The notes under the pieces: model-generated
Told to the model about the DNA's origin: nothing
The model's database searches: none
The model's input: only the letters and a program-made list of their open reading frames with translations
Source: an uncultured Pseudomonadales bacterium
Lineage (GTDB): Bacteria > Patescibacteriota > Microgenomatia > UBA1400 > RBG-16-45-19
Direction of reading: 5' to 3'
NCBI GenBank assembly: GCA_964441155.1
Contig: CAYYKL010000001.1
Location: forward strand, 24,393 to 88,392
DNA: 64,000 nucleotides
Shown here: positions 58,701-64,000 of the stretch, piece by piece
How positions within the stretch are numbered: position 1 is the first letter of the stretch
Layout: the number at the start of each line of letters is the position of its first letter
Made by a program: the position numbers and the translations under genes

Positions 58701-59568
58701 AGATTTTTTTGCGCTCTCTATTACCCACTATACCAAAGATTAAAATTCTCAATAGTGCTGCAAAACGCAACTCTAGCAATGACAATGACTTGTTGAATCC
58801 GGTAAAGTGTTTAGTAATTAGGTATTTAAGACCAATAAATTCTCCCACCAATGATGCTTTTGAAGAGGAGCTTGCTTGTCCCAGATGAGTAATGTTTGGT
58901 TTGGCGAAATAGTCGACTAAATAACCAGCCTGGCGCAAGCGAATGCACAATTCCACATCTTCGCCATACATAAAAATATTTGGATCAAAGCCACCAATAT
59001 CATCAAACACTTGACGCTTGATTGCCAAAGCAGTCCCACCGATCCATCCTACTTGGTGATTTTGATCAAAATAACCTCTGTTTCTGTGTTGATACGAGGT
59101 AATCAGAGAATTTATGAGTGGCAGATCATCGATACCTGTTGCCCAAACCAGTAGACTCAAAAGATTCGGCAGCGCTCCACCTTGGGGCTGAATAGAGCCA
59201 TCCACATTAAGTAATTTGCAAGTTGCTACGGTTGACTTGTGGCGCTTAATATCTTCAAAAAGCAAGGCGAGAGTATCAATTTTAAGCAAGGTGTCTGAAT
59301 TCAAAAATAATAAAAAATTGCCATGTGCTTTTTCAGCACCTTGATTATTCGCAACACCAAAACCAACGTTGGTTTTGTTGGCAATAAGCATGATATTAGG
59401 GAAAGCGCTCTTTAGCTTTTCAACTGACGAATCGTTTGAAGCATTATCAATGACGATAATTTCTTTGTGGAGTGAATCAGTTGATTTGGCAATGCTTTTC
59501 AAGCACGCCAAAGTAATCGGGAGTGTTTTATAGTTGACGATAATAATCGACACATCGGGAGTAGACAT
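58675..59568 (-). CDS. GT2 glycosyltransferase
   Basis: IDNASND, NVGFGVANN, FLNSD and FMYGEDVE. Confidence 0.92.
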   Translation of the reverse strand: MSTPDVSIIIVNYKTLPITLACLKSIAKSTDSLHKEIIVIDNASNDSSVEKLKSAFPNIMLIANKTNVGFGVANNQGAEKAHGNFLLFLNSDTLLKIDTLALLFEDIKRHKSTVATCKLLNVDGSIQPQGGALPNLLSLLVWATGIDDLPLINSLITSYQHRNRGYFDQNHQVGWIGGTALAIKRQVFDDIGGFDPNIFMYGEDVELCIRLRQAGYLVDYFAKPNITHLGQASSSSKASLVGEFIGLKYLITKHFTGFNKSLSLLELRFAALLRILIFGIVGNRERKKIYEEISTMV

Positions 59569-59580
59569 AAGGCAAAGTGC

Positions 59581-60186
59581 TTACTGAAACAATCGAAAAC
59601 GACCTAATCGATATGCATATGAATCAAGTTTTCTATGCGAAATTTCTTTTGCAGGCACTCCGCCCACAATCATTCGAGGCGCCACGTCCTTAGTTACCAC
59701 CGCTCCAGCGGCAACTACTGCACCATCACCAATTGAAACTCCAGGCAAAATTATGGCTCTGGGACCAATAAACACATAGTCACCAATGATTACTGGGGCT
59801 TCAATTGCTTTAAATGATTCATCACTCAAGTCGTGTTCGCTGTTGTAAATCATGACTTGCGAAGCCAGTGATGTGTGATTGCCTATCGTTAACGGTGCAC
59901 GACCATCCAAAAAAACATGATCGCCAACAATGGTGCCATCACCAATTGAAATAAGTTTTGGATTGTAAAATCGCGCACCCATGTGAATAGTAGATTTGAT
60001 GCCGATTGAAATCCCAGCCAACGCATAGAAAAAGCGGCGGACAAAATGCAATGGAATGTAGCCAATAATCCACAAGAGCAACAGTTCAAAATCTAAAAAA
60101 TAGTGAAAAATGCGCGTCTGACCCTTAGAGATCACCTGAGAAACGTCGAGTTCATTTCCTAACTTATCTTTCAATGGTGTTTTCAT
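59581..60186 (-). CDS. Hexapeptide-repeat acyltransferase
   Basis: IGD/IGN repeats, [23 protein letters not shown] and GGVPAK. Confidence 0.92.
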   Translation of the reverse strand: MKTPLKDKLGNELDVSQVISKGQTRIFHYFLDFELLLLWIIGYIPLHFVRRFFYALAGISIGIKSTIHMGARFYNPKLISIGDGTIVGDHVFLDGRAPLTIGNHTSLASQVMIYNSEHDLSDESFKAIEAPVIIGDYVFIGPRAIILPGVSIGDGAVVAAGAVVTKDVAPRMIVGGVPAKEISHRKLDSYAYRLGRFRLFQ

Positions 60187-60222
60187 ATCTTGTTTGCATT
60201 CTACCTTTCGTTAAAGCGATTC

Positions 60223-61374
60223 TTAATCACTATTATCCAAGGCGATTTTCTCAAGGTTAGAGAGAATTATACCCGCACTTATGTACCAATCAAATTTTTT
60301 TATGTGTTCTTGTCCCAAAGTAATCCGTTTTGCTCGAGAAGCATCATCGAGCTCAAGCGATCGTTTAAGCCCATGTCGAATGGAAGTAACTGAGTAGGGG
60401 TCAACCAAAATGCCCCCATTACCCACCACTTCTGGCAAAGAGGAATTGTTGGATACGACTGGCAACGTGCCACAGGCAAAACTTTCGGCAGCGGGCATAC
60501 CAAAGCCTTCGTGAAGACCGATTAGGACTGAGCATTTGGCCAATGAATACAGTGCAGGAATTTCGGAATCTGGCACAAAACCTAATATTTTTATGCGCTC
60601 CCTTGCTTTAGAAAAAGCGAGCGCATGGTCAAAATCTTGCGTCAGCCAGCCACGTTGACCAGCAATAACCAGATCAAATCCATCAAAAGCTGGAGGCAGA
60701 GAGCTAAACGCTTCAAGTAATCGAACTAAATTTTTTCGAGGTTGTATAGTGCCCACAAATAAGGCAAATGGGTTCTGTAACTTGTATTTTTTGGCTATGT
60801 TTTTTTGCATCGACACACTAGACTGTTTGAAAGTTTGAGCATCAACCCCCGGATAAGCCACAACCACGTCTGAGGATTTCTTATCATAGCTTTTAATCAC
60901 GTCTTGCCGAGTGTGTTCTGAAATTGCTACCACTTTCGCTGCTTGTTTAACTGAATATGCCGTCCATTGTTCAAGTTGAGCGGTACCGCGTTTGTGTTTC
61001 AAAAACAGATTGGGGTAGTGCAAAAAAGCCAGGTCCATAATTGATATGACCGTTGGCACAGGAGATTTTCGCGGTGCATAGTGACCAGGTGTAAAGAAAA
61101 CGTGCGGCCTGGGTCGATGCACAAAAAGATCGGCAGGTAGTCGCGCCTGCGTCCATAATTTTTGTGGTTTAATGACTCTGTATTGCCAAGTTTTAGTTGC
61201 TTTGGGCATGTCATCCAACGGCTCTGATTTTAGGTAAATTCTAAATGTATGATTTGATTCAATTGAGTAAAATGCTTTGAGAATATGGAAAGCAAACTGA
61301 TTGCTGCCCACGCGATTGGAAACATTGGCTTCGTTGCCGTCAATGCCGATAAGAAGGTGTTTAGCTTGACTCAT
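60223..61374 (-). CDS. GT4 glycosyltransferase
   Basis: GIDGNEAN, VGTIQPRKN and EGFGMPAAE. Confidence 0.92.
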   Translation of the reverse strand: MSQAKHLLIGIDGNEANVSNRVGSNQFAFHILKAFYSIESNHTFRIYLKSEPLDDMPKATKTWQYRVIKPQKLWTQARLPADLFVHRPRPHVFFTPGHYAPRKSPVPTVISIMDLAFLHYPNLFLKHKRGTAQLEQWTAYSVKQAAKVVAISEHTRQDVIKSYDKKSSDVVVAYPGVDAQTFKQSSVSMQKNIAKKYKLQNPFALFVGTIQPRKNLVRLLEAFSSLPPAFDGFDLVIAGQRGWLTQDFDHALAFSKARERIKILGFVPDSEIPALYSLAKCSVLIGLHEGFGMPAAESFACGTLPVVSNNSSLPEVVGNGGILVDPYSVTSIRHGLKRSLELDDASRAKRITLGQEHIKKFDWYISAGIILSNLEKIALDNSD

Positions 61375-62456
61375 GCCTGCATTGCTTTCTCGTAAACTGC
61401 ATAAGTTTCTCTGGCAGCTTTTTGCCATGAAAACTCATGAAGTCTTCTTTTACCATGCTCAATTAAGATCGATGAAGTATCTAATGCAGCTTGTAGACCC
61501 TCTTTAATTGATTGAACATCGTGTGGGTCACTTTTGACTACGGCTGTTGATCCTATTTCTGACATGGCTGATGTATTTGCAGTCACAACGGGCAAGGCAT
61601 GATAAAACGCCTCTAAAATAGGCAACCCAAAACCTTCGTAGAGCGAGCAATACAACAAAAGCGAAGCGCCTTTATACAATGCTGCTAACTCGAATGCGCT
61701 TGCATCAGAAATTCGAATGATATGCGTATCAGTCGGTAAATGCTCCCATCCAATTGATCCGACAATGACTAAATCAAAATCATTTTCGTACTGCTTCCAG
61801 GCTTCAATTTGACGAATAAAATTCTTGCGCGGCTCTGCTGTTCCCACCATAAGCATAAATGGTCGCTTTAGCGAGTATTTTTCTTTGACGCTGTTCAACT
61901 CAATATCTTGGATCTCAATCTGATGCTCGAGAGGAATTGCTTCATGCACCACATGAATTGAGTCGGGAGGCAAATCACATACTTCGATGAGATCGTTCTT
62001 GGTACTTTCTGATACGGCGATGATTGTGGGTTTGAATTTTCTAATTCGCTCCATCACCTCTCGATGTTGTTTTTCGATTGCAGGGTGCGACAACTTTGGA
62101 AACTTGAACAACGCCACATCATGCATAGTGATAACTACCTTTGATGTGCGAGAAGTGGGCAGATACCATTCCCAGGTGTGGAAAATATCAGAATCGTTGA
62201 TAAGTGTATCAATCGGCAATCCTGCCGAATGAAACGCAAATGAAGCGAGCGAGGGTGGCACCGGATAGAGCTTCGAAACTGCGCCAATAGAATGCGAAAA
62301 TTTCTTTAGAACATTGTAGTTGCCAAAGCTTGCCCCAAACAGCGACAGGGTATCTGAATCACTTAAAACTTTTTTTATATTTCTAACTAAGTTTGTCGTG
62401 TAAAACGAAACTCCTCGATTGTAGACGATCGAAGAAATGTCCATGGTGATACGCAT
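61371..62456 (-). CDS. GT4 glycosyltransferase
   Basis: TMHD, VGTAEPRKN and EGFGLPILEA. Confidence 0.92.
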   Translation of the reverse strand: MRITMDISSIVYNRGVSFYTTNLVRNIKKVLSDSDTLSLFGASFGNYNVLKKFSHSIGAVSKLYPVPPSLASFAFHSAGLPIDTLINDSDIFHTWEWYLPTSRTSKVVITMHDVALFKFPKLSHPAIEKQHREVMERIRKFKPTIIAVSESTKNDLIEVCDLPPDSIHVVHEAIPLEHQIEIQDIELNSVKEKYSLKRPFMLMVGTAEPRKNFIRQIEAWKQYENDFDLVIVGSIGWEHLPTDTHIIRISDASAFELAALYKGASLLLYCSLYEGFGLPILEAFYHALPVVTANTSAMSEIGSTAVVKSDPHDVQSIKEGLQAALDTSSILIEHGKRRLHEFSWQKAARETYAVYEKAMQA

Positions 62457-62501
62457 ATCCTTAATTGTACCTGTGAAGCACCTCTCTAAACAAACACCAT
62501 A

Positions 62502-63890
62502 CTAAATTCCAGCAAAAATCTGCTTACGCTCGAAAACGCGTACTTTCCCCACCCCATTAAAGTCTCGAAATCCAATTTCGCTATAGCCAGCTTGTTCAAT
62601 TTTATTCTGAATGACATTTTGTGGATCAAATAGCTCGCGCGCGTAGTCAACATAATAAATTCTTGGGGCTCTCAAATCCAGCTGTTCATCGAGCAATTGC
62701 ATTCCTACAGCAAGTAAGTTCTCGCTTGTGTAGTAAACCCACGGATCAGGCACTCCTGGAAAACTAAACACAATGCTATCGGTCACATTTGCCTGAGCTT
62801 CAATATATGCGACTACCTCTTTCCAATTTTCCCGGTGATATCGGGGCGTGCCAATGTACGTTTGCCAGGAAAAAAGAGATATGCTAAAAGCCACCATAAG
62901 TGCTGTAGTTCTGGCTTTAATACTCGAGAGGCTCCCAATTCCCAAGCTCGTAATTAACACAAATGAAGGCAGGACAAACAACAGCCGAAAGTATTGAATT
63001 ACGGGTGAAAAAAATGCTAAACCGATAGTCAGAAGAATGGGAATTGCCAACCAAGCAACAAGCTTGCTAAATACTTTTTTGTGGTTTTTTTTAAGTGCGG
63101 CAACTAAGTACAACCACAGATAACAAGCAATTGCAGAAACAATCAAATAAACCCACAGCGGATCAAGTCCGATCCTACCCCAAAAGAATTTAAGTGGAAT
63201 CAAGGCTACATTCTTAATGGTTAATGCTCCGATGACACTGCTCCATGCTGGTGATAGATTTGCTCTGGCAAATTCGAGTTGCTTGATAACTACTGGTATC
63301 CAAAGAAAAAATGGCACCATGCTTCCCACAAGGTATTTCCAGGACTTTGCCTTTTGTTTTAAAAAGATTGCGTAGACAGGAATCATAAACAACGCAAAGT
63401 AGTGCGTGAGAAAAGAAGTTGCTGCAAAGACCATAAAATAAATCATTTTTTTATGCATGAGTGCCAAAACTGCTGCAGTTACGAGCAGAGTAACGAGTGC
63501 ATACATCCGCGCTTCCATTGCATAATAGATAAAGAGTGGCGAACAACTCATAAGGGCCGCCGCTATATCTGCTTGCTTGGCATCGAGTTTTTTGGCGATA
63601 AAGTACACGCACACAATGGTGAGCATGCTGGCAAGCAGTGAAGGAATTCGCAGATTGAGATCGTTTACACCAACCAATTGAGCAAAACCTTTGGTGGTGA
63701 GGTAATACACAGGCGGATGGAAATCAGTAGGCGCAAAATCACGAAAGTAATAAGCAAGTGAGCTTTGAGCTACTTTACCCGTAGTTGCCTCATCCAACCA
63801 CAAGCTTTCTTGCCATTGCATCAAGGCCAAAATGCAAAATGCGAACATGATAATCATCAACGACCAATGGGATGTAAATGTTTTAAACAT
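62502..63890 (-). CDS. GT-C (GT39/PMT-like) membrane glycosyltransferase
   Basis: SLWLDEA, DFHPPVYY, LRIPS, EARMY and THY. Confidence 0.85.
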   Translation of the reverse strand: MFKTFTSHWSLMIIMFAFCILALMQWQESLWLDEATTGKVAQSSLAYYFRDFAPTDFHPPVYYLTTKGFAQLVGVNDLNLRIPSLLASMLTIVCVYFIAKKLDAKQADIAAALMSCSPLFIYYAMEARMYALVTLLVTAAVLALMHKKMIYFMVFAATSFLTHYFALFMIPVYAIFLKQKAKSWKYLVGSMVPFFLWIPVVIKQLEFARANLSPAWSSVIGALTIKNVALIPLKFFWGRIGLDPLWVYLIVSAIACYLWLYLVAALKKNHKKVFSKLVAWLAIPILLTIGLAFFSPVIQYFRLLFVLPSFVLITSLGIGSLSSIKARTTALMVAFSISLFSWQTYIGTPRYHRENWKEVVAYIEAQANVTDSIVFSFPGVPDPWVYYTSENLLAVGMQLLDEQLDLRAPRIYYVDYARELFDPQNVIQNKIEQAGYSEIGFRDFNGVGKVRVFERKQIFAGI

Positions 63891-63899
63891 AGTCGTTAT

Positions 63900-63998
63900 C
63901 TAGCGGCTTTTAGGCAGATTTTTAATCGACATAAGGATTCCAATAGTTAGCCCTGCATTATAGACATGCTTAAACACAACATAATGCAGCTCCATGAA
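63900..63998 (-). CDS. 3' end of a gene entering from beyond the window
   Basis: Open frame FMELHYVVFKHVYNAGLTIGILMSIKNLPKSR* ends 9 nt before the next start. Confidence 0.5.
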   Translation of the reverse strand, partial: FMELHYVVFKHVYNAGLTIGILMSIKNLPKSR

Positions 63999-64000
63999 AT

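Noticed and set aside
1-64000. Genome-wide stop-codon reassignment as the explanation for in-frame stops
   Set aside because: TAA, TAG and TGA all terminate intact conserved genes here, and core genes have no internal stops.
1-64000. CRISPR array, tRNA/rRNA, integrase, transposase or reverse transcriptase
   Set aside because: None recognised by eye; no regularly spaced repeats and no att-like direct repeats found around the accessory block.

Overview
Bacterial genomic window with almost all genes on the minus strand and TGA used as stop (code 11). Gene content and style (short MurE, N-terminal-only GlmU, short RecO, alpha2-type GlyRS, DUF4012-like protein, many glycosyltransferases, many apparently leaderless starts) suggest a Patescibacteria/CPR organism, probably Microgenomates-like; this is inference. 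From left to right it holds: a fermentative operon (ADP-forming acetate-CoA ligase, NDH-2, 2-oxoacid:ferredoxin oxidoreductase alpha/beta); rodA and ileS; an extended division/cell-wall cluster (mraZ to ftsZ, including murL-murD, dgkA-mraY, glmR-glmU-pgeF and glmS) interrupted by a ~9 kb accessory block; glyQS and recO; and a ~17 kb surface-glycosylation locus. The non-coding DNA is unusually rich in structured RNA: two T-box riboswitches with ultrashort Stem I (ileS, glyQS), a variant glmS ribozyme with inserted hairpins, a ~240-nt candidate ncRNA upstream of mraZ, and a full-consensus type III hammerhead ribozyme. The best candidate for an undescribed system is the accessory block at 20.6-25.3 kb: a membrane-anchored PspA/ESCRT-III-like gene, a protein with five WxxxF-like repeats, a GC-rich His-tailed vWA protein, then a branched RNA plus hammerhead ribozyme overlapping the ribosome-binding site of a small orphan gene. 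All RNA structures were paired by eye and need covariance-model and experimental confirmation.
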